Shown piece by piece: positions 12,654 to 24,247 of a stretch of DNA of 64,000 bases (the stretch's first letter is position 1; the number at the start of each line of letters is the position of its first letter). The notes beneath the pieces were generated by a model. That model was not told where the DNA came from. It saw only the letters and a program-made list of their open reading frames with translations, and ran no database searches. The DNA comes from Lingula anatina (lineage: Eukaryota; Animalia; Brachiopoda): contig CM120640.1 in the NCBI GenBank assembly GCA_051362555.1, positions 31,515,967-31,579,966 on the forward strand. Direction: 5' to 3'. The translations under genes and the position numbers were made by a program.

Positions 12654-12816
12654 CAGGGGCGGATTCAGGCTGTCTTCTGGGTCTTTCCAGAAGACGGTCA
12701 GATTTTCAAGTTTACATGAACGTAACTAATTTTTTCAGTCAGAAGACGGTCATTTATAGTGAATGGCTCAACAAAATATGGAAGACTGTCAGAAAATATT
12801 TCTGGATCCGCCCCTG
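12654..12816. mobile_element. Non-autonomous DNA transposon family A (CAGGGGCGGAT TIR, 5-bp TSD; hAT5-like), copy 1
   Basis: TIR CAGGGGCGGAT...ATCCGCCCCTG; TSD CTTGA on both sides; homologous copies at 24079-24247 and 42858-43025. Confidence 0.85.
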
Positions 12817-13356
12817 CTTGAATACAATTTATGATCTGGTAACGGTTAATGTGATTTATCTTACCTTTTTATTTTTCAAGCATTAAAAACGAAATTGCCC
12901 AAAGTGCAAACTGGCAGCCTGATCACAATTAACCCTAAACCAACGTAGTCACTTCCATAACGCTTCTGAAAATAACAATAGTAAAGTGAGAGGTAAATTC
13001 TGAAATGAATTATGACTCCATGGTGTAATTTCTTATTTCATTCTCTTCTCAGTTAGATTCTTTTAATTACTCAATTTTATCTGAAAATTTTAGAGACTTC
13101 GACAAGCGTAAAAAACAAATATTGCCTCCTCGGAGATAATGACATAACAGTTAACATGGTGAGTGCGCCCAATGCACGGCTGTTGTTCTGAGTTAATTTA
13201 CATGATAATAATTATATGCGTTGTTTTTATTGTCGGTGTCATTTTCTATCTAACATTTGTCATATATGCAGAAACTTGAATAGGGGTAGGGGTATGGACA
13301 CTGAAAATAATTGACTCCTGTCGTCTTGTATCCCATCCCTGAGGTTCTACCCTGAG

Positions 13357-13468
13357 TGTCAGAGCAACGTAAAAGCTAGCTTGTTAAATATATACCTTGT
13401 TATGGAGTCGCTTGTCAGAGCAACGTAAAAGCTAGCTTGTTAAATATATACCTTGTGATGGAGTCGCT
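13357..13468 (+). repeat. 56-bp tandem duplication
   Basis: TGTCAGAGCAACGTAAAAGCTAGCTTGTTAAATATATACCTTGT(T/G)ATGGAGTCGCT twice, starting at 13357 and 13413. Confidence 0.9.
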
Positions 13469-14650
13469 TTTACCCATTGTTGATATGGGTTATATATGAA
13501 ATCAAGATCGAGCTGGCAATACCGGAATCTAGAACCTAGGGTATGAGGTCCTGATATCAATAGGCATTGTGATGGAAATGAGCTATTGTCAAACTAAAAT
13601 AAAGCAATTTTTAACTAATGGTGTAGCACGAAAAAAAGTAAAATCCGGAAGGGCATTGTCTTATCAGAATAAGATAGCGTGCAAAGAGAATTGTAACTTT
13701 TCAGCTTTAGTTATTATTATTATTATTAAACCTGGAATCAATAGATGTATTTAAGATAAATACAATATTGGAATACCCAGCCACAGTTTTGGTGAGAAAT
13801 ACTCATTTCTGGACAATTTTAAAAAGCTTTTGATTACTCATACCCGCAATGGATAACTCTCAATATATCTCATGTATAGGGTTTGGTGCATCTTGAAAGT
13901 GACCAGAAAGCAGGTATTTTTTGTAATAATGGCCAGCAGGTATTTTTTGTAATTTGTAGTTTTCCTTTTCTTTTCGTAAGAATAGAAAATAATATTATAT
14001 GACATTTGCCTCCTTTTCGTTCTCTTGAATACACTTCGTTTAAAAAATGGCTGCTGTTTCCCCCTTAGTAAGTAACTATTTCCTGATGGCGAATAAATAA
14101 AAAAAGATATCTTGTACATGCATTTGGTTTAGCGGGAAAGTTTTCTCAACACACAGCAAATGATAATGGAACTTTTCATTTGTAAAGGTGCGGACGGTGT
14201 GACGTACCGGCTAGAGCAAGTGCTTGCTTTGCACTGGTAGGCTTTGCATGGAAATAACAATTATTTGTAGGACTTGCGTGTGTATGCTATCTTTCCAATC
14301 TCGTTGATGCACCTATCCGCTGAAAACAGCGCTTTAGATTAAATGATGAAGATAAAGCTTTCAAATTATGATAACATAATTGGATGCAAATAATATCTCA
14401 ACGAATTTAGACAAAGTCAACGAATGTAGACAAAATCAGGCGTTTTTAGAAAAAGCCAAATTATTCATATAAAACATTAATTGTCACGTTGGTCCGTATA
14501 GTGTTGAAATGGGGCCTAGTCACATTGTTGAGCTTTATGTTTGATGAGTAATGCGAGTCTGTAAAAGCTAGTTTATTCACTGTACTTTATGACCAGTTAT
14601 TAGTTGGTGTTATAGTGCATCACCGAGGGCTTTCGGTAAAAAGTATTTCG

Positions 14651-14654
<4 letters not shown>

Positions 14655-14690
<36 letters not shown>
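14655..14690. repeat. (GT)n microsatellite
   Basis: Direct reading. Confidence 0.9.
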
Positions 14691-14691
<1 letters not shown>

Positions 14692-15041
14692 ACGATATCC
14701 TCTACATCCTTATAAACACGCTTTCACATAAACGTTCATTCTCTTTCACTAGTGCTTTTCTTTATCTTTATTATGATAGTTCCAACAGCAGTTCAGCGGA
14801 ATTTTATCTTACACATTAAAAGAAGTCTAAACCTCAAAATAACGTTCACAGTTTCTTTGAGCTTAAAAATCATGTGTAGGACCTTGTTTACCTTTGTCAT
14901 TAAAATCTATTGGTTATTTTCCTCTCTCTGAACAAAGTCGTATTCGAACACCTAAGGTATTGGTATGAATGAAAATAAAATGATATGCATTGAACTGAGC
15001 TGAACATATAATATATAATTGGTAAACCAAGCAAAATAAGG

Positions 15042-15375
15042 TAATACGTCAAGTACGTTCTCTGTGAAGCCAAGTGTCCGGATTGATCAAACAATTTAAA
15101 TCAATCAGAGGATTCCAAGATCCAGAAAAAACCATTCCCTTGGCACGTTTAGTTCTACTGGGTAGGTAGAGTTTATTTCAAATGTCGTAATTCGAGTTCA
15201 AATTTAATTGTTAAATCATATAGAACCGCCAGATGCTGTTTTGTCTTTTGTAATACGTCCAGTACATTCTCTGTGAAGCCTGGCGTTCAGAGTGAGCAAA
15301 CAATTAGAGGATACCAAGATCCGAGAAAAAAAATAATGATAAATAATAATAATCATCACTACACCCCCTTGGCTT
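15042..15375 (+). repeat. Diverged ~210-bp-period direct duplication
   Basis: TAATACGTC.AGTAC.TTCTCTGTGAAGCC...CAAACAATT...AGAGGAT.CCAAGATCC...CCCTTGGC occurs at ~15042 and ~15251. Confidence 0.6.
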
Positions 15376-16115
15376 GTTTACCAGGACATCAGTGCCATGT
15401 TTCTTTGTTGACGCCAATAGCGTCAGTACAGGCAGCTCATTAGTTGATCGTTCCACTGCACGTTATCGGCAGACTTGTACATTATGCAGTAAACTAGATC
15501 TTCATCACTTTTAGCTGTTGATTATCTGGTAGTGATTCATGTTGTCCCAGAAAATGACCTTTAGCACATGTAAAGAAAACACTGCCACTGCATATGAGTA
15601 ATTATTCATTCTTATATGTCGAATTCCATTAAAATGTCAGTGCGTCGTACACATTAAAATGATAGAGTAGCAAATTTCTTATTTAATATATATATAATTA
15701 CTATCCTAGGTAAAAGCAGAGCCTAACATAACTAAGATTATAATTTAAAACGTTGGAAGATTAAAAACAAAAATACTTTGCTGTATCGTATTAAATAATT
15801 CGATTAAAATGTTAGTCATAGGAAGTTTGTTGATCAAGAATGCCAGATACCATTCAAGACACCTTAGGGGTTACCATGACCATTGTCCGAAAGAGAGTGG
15901 AACTCTATTATAATTTACCCACCCCTGTATATACTGTGTAGCATAGAAACTTAAGCTATGTGCATAGAAACATCATCTCCGTCAAAATTTTATTTTTGAT
16001 GATATTCAGATGCATTTTCCTTTTAAAAAATAACTGTAAACCACGCTTAATTCCTCGAAATAACACCCAAAGTGCATAGTGACGCTGCACAGTGATCCTT
16101 ATTAGTTATAACAAG

Positions 16116-16269
16116 CAGGCCTGTAGCCAGCAATTTCAAAAGGGGGGTTCTTTTTCTGAAAAAGTGGACCTTTTTCCATAAAAACTTCATGTTCCTAGAT
16201 CAAATTTTTTCCAGCAAAAGGGGCGGTTCTTTCGAACCCCCCCCCCCCCCCCCCCCGGGTACGGGCCTG
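16116..16269. mobile_element. Non-autonomous DNA transposon family B (CAGGCC[C/T]GTA TIR, 5-bp TSD), copy 1
   Basis: TIR CAGGCCTGTA...TACGGGCCTG; TSD ACAAG on both sides; inverted homolog at 49298-49464. Confidence 0.8.
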
Positions 16270-18069
16270 ACAAGGTAGTACTGGTACTTCCACAAAGGCC
16301 GCAATTTTTATTCTGTGGATATTTTTGCTGAGGCAGAGATTAGCCATCTATGCAACCAAAGACATATCTGTTAATATCTAGTGAAAAATCAATCTCTGAC
16401 CCTGGAAGCGGGTGACAAGGTCGAGTCATGAACATTGCGGTTAGTCTTGGGCCAAAAGTGCAAAAAAGAGACGGATTGGAGTCATGCAGTAATGGGTAAT
16501 TACACAATTAGGTATTCAGAAGGCTCGGGGATGATGAACGTTTTTAAATAAGCTCTTATCAGGTGATGGGGGATAGGACGGGGACGCGCGTCCATAGGCA
16601 TTCTTGACGCAAATCTTGTGTCTAGTTTAATTTATCTGTCTAGAATAAGAAATTTTGCTATTATAAGCCTGGAAGTACAAAGACCTCCATACTACGTACC
16701 ATTTCTTAATTGTAGAATTGTACCGCTGATATCACTTAAGTGAGAGATGTAGTGGTATCACCACCTAGCAACAGGCCTACATTATTCTTTAATTTTTCTT
16801 TATTCTTCATTCATTCATTATTCTTTAATTCTGTTTACTGATTTAGGAGCCCATGATATCAGAAGGTAGGTCCACAGCTATTCATCATGCCGACACGTAT
16901 TGCTTATAAGATGATTACTTACATGTACAAATAAAACAATATGGAAGTCTACAAAAGGATCAAACAGTGCTGACAATAAACCACGAAAGATGACTTCAAA
17001 CTCGATGGACGGGTCCCGGCAAAATGAGCATTAATAAGTGATGTATTTTCTCCAGGTTTTTTTTTTCATACATGCATGTACATGCATATGTAGACCATCC
17101 AGTCAAATATCACCCTCAGATTATCTGATAATGCACAGTTTCGTTTTCTATCTAATTTTCCATTCACTTCCCAAATTGCACCTTCTTTAATGGTTCTGAT
17201 GCAGAAATCGGACAAATATTCATAGAGGTAGTCACACGCGGCAAACCATAATAATAACAATAATAATGTTGTTTTATCGTGACCAAAATCAAACTCACTC
17301 CAACAGTAACGTCAGTGAAGGTTCATGGCAGTGGACGCAAACAATCGCATGGGCTGTTATTTTCTGCACCGCTGTAGCATGCAAGCCACGGTGACCACCC
17401 AGTCGTGGCGCCCCACGGAAGGCTAGCTCGCCTGTGTTCAAACGGGAATTAAAAAAGTTCAGAAGAGTTTGAACTAAGCAACAAGTTATCTTGGCGCTGT
17501 TTCTAGCAAATAAAAAAAGCATATACTATATAGTTCATGATTGAAGTTGGACTGACAGGCAGTATTGGTTAAAAGTTCACAGCTAAGGGGATATGATATG
17601 CAAGGATGCTTCTTTATCAATTTTGTCCAGTTTGAATAAACATCAAGTAAATTTCAAGAGAAAACAAGATTTTGCCAAACTTCTTATGACCTTTATGTTA
17701 CAATTACCAAATTTCCCGGACATTTTCTCAAGGTGTATCTTGATTTGAAGAAAAATTCCACTTCCCTAAACTGAAACATCCTGGGTTTAAGACCCGATGC
17801 ATAAAAAATTCAGCCATGAGTAGCCTTTATGAATTGGTCCATTAAAATTTTTAATATGGTACTAAAGAAATTGCCTCAGCGTAAAGCCGTACTCGGCCCT
17901 ACCCCTACCATGCAGGCCTCTATTGAAGCAAATCCGGGCACGGTATAATTTGATGGTGATAACGTTGACAGGTAAATGGTACATTGTGAGTGGCTGAGGC
18001 AGCGGTGCTCGACAATCTTGTCTTTTATCTAGACGTCACACCGCTTCATCTGTTGCATAACACGAACCA

Positions 18070-18221
18070 CATACGTCATTCTTATCAGATTATAAAGACA
18101 GTCACCAGGACATAAAAAGCCTCACCAAGAACCTGTGGCCACTAAAGGATACACAACTCAAAAGGAGAAAGAACAAAATCTCAAACTCGAACACAACGTC
18201 AGAAACTTCTGTATAGCAAAG
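18070..18221 (+). promoter_or_regulatory. Core promoter (TATA 18091-18096) and probable non-coding first exon of subtilase A
   Basis: TACGTCA, CTTATCA and TATAAA in series; donor AAAG|GTAACT at 18221/18222; near-identical block upstream of subtilase B. Confidence 0.55.
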
Positions 18222-18640
18222 GTAACTGTGCGGTGTTTACCTTCATCCGGTGTCCATTACTGACGGTAAGTAATCATTGCCACCTTGTGCTTTGATGATA
18301 TTTCTCTCAGATATAGTATATCAAACCATGGAAGCATAACTGTCAGTTATTCTTCAAAGTTAAACAGACGTTTTTCTTAAAACAAGTACATAATGAACGC
18401 TTGATATTACATTCTAACTTACTGAACAAACATAAATGTCCAAACAGGCACAGTTGGTTTTACTTTATGCATGGTACCAGTATTCTATCTGTAGATGGAA
18501 TTTGAGCTGTCACTGCCACTGATGCAGGCAAGTTATTTTTTTTACAAATCAAAAGAAAGAAAAAGTGAAGTGAAAAGAATGCTGAATCGTTTTTTGTATG
18601 TTTTTCAGGATATTTTTGCAAAATCACATCACAGAAAAAT

Positions 18641-21600
18641 ATGAGGACCACTTTCGCTATATTGGTAGCACTGACCGTGGTCGCTGTCGTTTACGGTGCA
18701 AAAAATAAAGCTGGAGATAAACCATCACCCGGAGTAGCACTCCCTGTACCAGAAAAAGATGAAAAAAAGATTCCTTTTAAAACCTCTGAAGAAGATGATG
18801 GACAAGAAAAAGATCCAAAGGAATCAGGGAAATTAGAAGGAGATGAAAAGAAACAAGGTGGTATCCAATTAGACAAAGGTCTGTCCGATGACGAGAGAGA
18901 CCACTTGATACGCAAGGAATTGTCTAAACAAGGCAAGCTAGTGGTGGATGAGCAAAGTGGAAAAGGTAATATACAGCTTTTTTCGCGTAGTTTAAAGTTG
19001 ACTTTACCGTATCACTAAGTAAAATTAAAAAACACTTATTGACTCGGTCGTAATGAACAGGAAAGTGATTTTAGTAAACTGTGTATATAGCTTTCACGAT
19101 AGTTTGTCTGTGCCATGACTAGTAGGTGATACTACTATTGGGTTAAGATTCATTTGAAGCCATCAAAAGCCATTTATGGAAAAGTAATATAGATGAAACC
19201 GTCTCTATGTCATGATTTCAGTGCGTCTTGTGAAAGCCGGAGCACAAGGGGAGGGAGTTCCAAAGTCATATATCGTCACGCTTCAGGAAAATGTTAGGAA
19301 TAAGAGAGGTAAGTTTCCAGTGCAGATTTAAACGAGAAGATAGGATTAGACAGTGACTTATATGCAAAATGTACGGGCTTTCCAATTCAAGGTCAATTTG
19401 TAAAATGGATAAAATAAATAATAAAAAAAAAAAAAATTAAGGGGGGGGGGGGTTCTTATCCATAGTCAACACCATATTATACTGTGTTATCTTTCTCTAA
19501 AATTATCAACAAATCACATCTTATCATTAATTTTGGCCATGACGTCATGCAGTTAATTTGCAGCCTAATGCGCAATTCTAAAAAACAAGATGTCATGTTT
19601 GCAGCATACGACTGTTCGAAAGCCAGAGAAAACTTAGCAGTTGAACGAAAATATCACTAAACCAGAATAAAACACCAGAGACGGTAACAAAATGGCTATA
19701 GCCTCAAATTTGGATTAGACGTTTAGACCAAAATAACTGTAGTCTACTCAAACGTAAGCAATGTCTCACCTGTTAAAAAAAGAATAATTTCTGTGGCCTG
19801 CTGGAAGCGTCACTTAGTTTTGAGTGCGACCAAAATCTCACGATAGTTACGAATTGGAGTTTTGAGAAAACTTCATTTGCTTTAAAGTACCTTGTCCTGC
19901 GCTTATTTTGCGTTCAACTGGCACGATGGTTAACATCAATCACCTCAGATACACTTTATTCTGGGACTGTCGATTAGGTTTGAAATGGCGGCTCAAAAAG
20001 AAGGACTTCTGGTAGATTTCAAATATATGTATTTGCATTAAATCAAAAACCTACAACCAACGGTGGAAAATTCTTACAAAACGTTCACCGGAAAATTCTT
20101 CGTTTAAAGGGGGTCCCAAAACAACCATATGAAGTGTAAATCACACTTTTCAGAGATAATGAATTTGAATGTATACGTTTGGTGACGACATTTTTTCATT
20201 GTGGAACCGACAAGCGCGTATTTTGAGAACATTAAAATCATTGTTACGCTAATACTTTTGAACAAACGTATTAACGTAAAGAGGTAAAATATAAGCAACT
20301 AATATTAAATATCCTAACTTCGGGTCTTTTTAATGCAGATATTTAAGTTTGCAATTATTTTGTATTTTTCAGTAAAACAAATGTTGAAAAGGAGTGGTTT
20401 GAAAGGCAAATCCAAACGGGTGAAACTCAGCTCCAAAACGGACTTTGTCCTAATTGATAACGTCGAAGAAGAGTAAGTGGCAGTGAATGATACGCGAGAT
20501 GAGATCACTTATATAATATCTTTTAAAAACAAAGATCATAATATCTATTATAGATTTTACTGAGGTGTGTGTGTGTGTGTGTGTGTGTGTTTGCGCGTGC
20601 GCGTGTTCATTGTTAGCTAATTTAATTGTTTGTATATATTAAAAAGAATTTGATTCCCTAAGAGAATAAGTCACAATGTATGTTGCACGGGTTTCTAAAC
20701 CTCTGATATCAGATCACATATTATTTTCTTTGAAAAACATACCATATCTACTATAGGTTTATATACTAAGAGAGATGTGTGTGTGTGTGTTCAATGCTGG
20801 CTAATTCTATTATTTGTGTACATTACAGGGAATTGGATTCCCTAAGAGGCTATACCGATTTAATCAAGGAAATTGAACAAAACAACGTAGTCCATGCTGA
20901 CGATTGCGTTACCAGTCAAGTTTCGAGCGCCTTATGGGTAAGTTGAATTTTGAGAAATATCCAAAATAAGAAATATTAGCAAATTACATACTGAGACTTA
21001 CTATGTAACGAATTTAGTTGTGAACTCAACCCAAGATCTTTCAAAAGGGTAGACATTATCTCATTAATTATATTGACAGGGGCTGGATCGACTGGACAAC
21101 GCGCCCAATGACGACCGAATGGTCGCTTGGGGAGATGGTACCTCTATCGACGTCTACATCATCGACACTGGAGTGTTAGCTGCTCATCAGGATTTTGGAG
21201 GCCGTGTAACACTCGGTCTTAATTCCATTACCGGAAACCTAGACTCTAATGATGACCACGGCCACGGGACCCACGTAGCAGGCACTGCGGCAGGTACCAC
21301 TTATGGCGTTGCCAAAAATGCCAACATTATCGCAGTGAAGGTGTTGTCTTCCTCGGGGTCTGGTTCCTCTGCAGGAGTCATTAGAGGTGTGGAATGGGTA
21401 AGAGACAGAGTTTTACAAAACAAGAAGGTGTCCATCGTCAACATGTCTCTCGGGGGTGGCTACTCCGCTGCTTCCAACAGAGCACAGAAGGAGCTGAGGG
21501 AGGCCGGGGTGTTCTCGGCTGTTGCAGCAGGGAATGCGAACACTGATGCTTGTGGAAAATCGCCTGCTTCCGCACCTGACGCCATCACGGTAGGCTCCAC

Positions 21601-21946
21601 CACTTCCTCCGACGCCAAGTCTAGCTTTTCCAACTGGGGAGGATGTGTGGACATACACGCTCCAGGATCCAGCATCTTATCGGCATATCACACAAGCAAC
21701 ACCGCGACCAGAACTCTCAGCGGTACTTCAATGGCTTCACCCCACGTTGCTGGCGTAGCTGCTGCGTTAGCTTCCACTTTCAACGCGAAGGGTTGGTTTC
21801 CAGAAACCTCCCCTACAGCGGTCGATTGGTTGGAGTCCTACATTAAATTGTACGCCCAGGAAGGTGTCATCAGTGGATTAGTTTCTGGAACCACAGAAAA
21901 AATGCTCCATATGGAGTGCCTGAATATGGAAGAATACAACAACTGA
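18641..21946 (+). CDS. Secreted subtilisin-like serine protease, S8A proteinase K/aqualysin type with I9 propeptide (subtilase A), 495 aa
   Basis: Exons 18641-18965, 19222-19308, 20373-20472, 20829-20937, 21080-21946 total 1488 nt. Signal peptide MRTTFAILVALTVVAVVYG; propeptide SYIVTL...IKEIEQN; WGLDRLD; triad IIDTG / HGTHVAG / GTSMASPH; oxyanion AAGN. Confidence 0.93.
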
Positions 21947-23214
21947 GTCAGCAGCTTCGGTCATATATTTGCCAATATAGATTTTAATGGGATACAGGTT
22001 GTTTAAAATGAGCTAGTTTTAAAGCAAAGCTTTGTTCTGTTATCTTGCTGAAACCAAAGCATTCCATTTATACTTGATTACTGACTTACTCCCAAAATTA
22101 AGTTTCATGAGTACAAAATAAAAATCGAACGAAGAAACATACATGAAAAAAGCTATTTAAAAACCAAAGATAGTTCAACAGAAATTTCATGTGCGAAATA
22201 ATTAACAGGTTTAAAAAAACGTCTGTGTTAAGTTGCAGCAACTGACAAGTTATGAGGTCAATTTTTTTTATCATTTGCAATATTCCATTGCGATACTATT
22301 TTAAAACATTTAATATCACAGTAAACAAAATTTTAGCGAAATGTCGAAAAATTGGTTTACCGAATTATTGGATGCATGAGGGTATGCCTGCAGAGAAATA
22401 AATATATATCAGCCTTGATGCGCTTTCGTCTTATTGAATAATTGAATAATCTCTTAATTATAGCTTTCCAAATAATTAGCAAGGCAATTTGACCAAATTA
22501 AGACTTGTGATTCAAATTTAGGGTCGGCCTCAAGCTGATGTAGATCTGTCGTATAGTCAGCACAATTGAAAACATCGAAGTTGAATCTTAAAATAAAAAT
22601 TTGAATTTCCATTTGGGATAGACATGCAAGGATATTCGTGCATATATGTGGATATTTAGTGAAAAATCACCGATATAATTTTGATTATCTATCACTTATA
22701 CGCGGAAATTTTACTCGATCCGACCGCAATCTTAAAACTGCTTCAAGTGACATTAATTTAACGGAATGGAAATCGCGAAGTTTAAAAAAAAATCAAAAAC
22801 GCCAAGGAAGTGACCTTATAATCTTATCGTCCATCTGTTCTTTAATTTATTCACTTATTATTTTTTGAAAGTGACAAATCTCCCTACAACATTTACCGCT
22901 GTTACTTAAATTTAGAGGGTGTGAGAATGGCCAGGCATGGTCCTCCAGATGACTTAATATGAAATAATAGAACACGAAAAGAAAAATACAAAATTAGAAC
23001 GCCATTTAAGAGAGAGTGATGCAAGTTTGCAGTGGCACTCACTCATTTATATATTAGCATCTGCCATTTTAAGCAATTTGCGCTAAATCAACTAGCTAAA
23101 GAATTCAATATAAAAGGTAAATAAACTACAACACTTTCATGTGCATGTAACTTATTACAGTTTACGAGAATGGCATTTTATCTTTTACATTAAGCAGTAA
23201 AAGATAAACATTCA

Positions 23215-23930
23215 AGCAGAAGATTAACATTCAACATGTAAAAAACGGTGGTTTGTCTAAGGTATGTTGGCGATGATATCTCTGTCAGCAAATAACATCA
23301 AATAACGTTTCACCAATCGTTCAAACGCAGGGGTAATTTCCTGAAAGTAACCCTCTGCAACGAACACCGATCCCAGTGCCGCAGCCGCCCCAGCGACTAA
23401 AGGAGACGCCATAGATGTGCCACTCTTTACTGCAGTGGAAGTGTCGGTTTTATTAGACCCCATTCCCAGAGATTAGATCGATCTACTTTAGATCGACCCA
23501 ACTCCCTGGGGTTTCACGCTAAATAGCTGTCAGCCGAGCGGGCACGAAATTTAATTACCCCCTTACAGCTTGTAGTAGGCGGGACGGACATTTAAGCCGG
23601 ATTATCTGACAGTAATCTAGTGAGACTCCCCGCGGGGATAGATCGATCTAAAAGCTCTGGGAATACGCCCTTAGACTGGGTTCCCATGCCTATAGGTCGA
23701 TCCATGTGGATCGATCAAACTCCCTGGGGAGTGTCACTAAATTGCTGTCAACTAACCGGCTTAAATGTTTGTCACGCCTACCGAATCAGCTAGGAGTAAA
23801 GATAATTACCCCCTAACATCTTTACTAGGCGTGACAGACGTTTAAGCCGGTTAAGTTGACAGCAATTTAGTGAAGATATATAGATAAATCCAAATATTTG
23901 TGGGAATGGTCCCTTAGTTGCTGAGAGAAT
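23215..23930 (-). pseudogene. 3' fragment of a subtilase C paralog, interrupted by MITEs, with stops
   Basis: KTDTSTAVKSGTSMASPLVAGAAAALGSVF... is nearly identical to 35715-35960. It has in-frame stops (IP*TNHRFLHVEC*), and homology ends ~14 bp after the MITE insertion because the upstream part is deleted. Confidence 0.88.
23456..23913. mobile_element. Two tandem PIF/Harbinger-like MITEs (23456-23670 and 23674-23913) inserted at a TTA target
   Basis: TTA at 23453, 23671 and 23914. Each unit has long imperfect inverted ends (..TTCCCA / TGGGAA..). The empty site TTTTATTAGTTGCTGAG is at 35936-35952 in the intact paralog. Confidence 0.85.
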
Positions 23931-24078
23931 CCATGTTAAAGGGGCATATTCAAAATTCGTCAAAAAGGTTGTCCCACCCCAAATTTCATGTGCTTTTATT
24001 TATAAATGATCACATCACAGGAGTTATATATAAGAGTAAGCCAAAATCAGGCTGAAAAACAAATCTACATATATAAAA

Positions 24079-24247
24079 CAGGGACGGATTTAGGCCGTCT
24101 TCTGGGTCTTCCGGAAGACGGTCAGATTTTCAAGTTTACATTGTCGGGCATCTAATGTTTTCTGTCAGAAGACGGTCAAAAATGGAGGATGGATCAACAA
24201 AGATAATTTGGAAGACTGTCAGAAAATATCTCCGGATCCCCCCCCTG
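24079..24247. mobile_element. Family A non-autonomous transposon, copy 2
   Basis: CAGGGACGGAT...CCCCCCTG, TSD TAAAA; absent from the paralogous position near 36785. Confidence 0.85.

Noticed and set aside
11000-17800. Short ORFs in the long intergenic region
   Set aside because: No recognisable motifs and no consistent exon chain; several overlap repeats. A non-coding or highly diverged gene cannot be excluded.
23456-23913. Palindromic repeats as a CRISPR or other prokaryotic array
   Set aside because: No repeat-spacer periodicity and no cas genes; eukaryotic context with TSD-flanked MITE structure.
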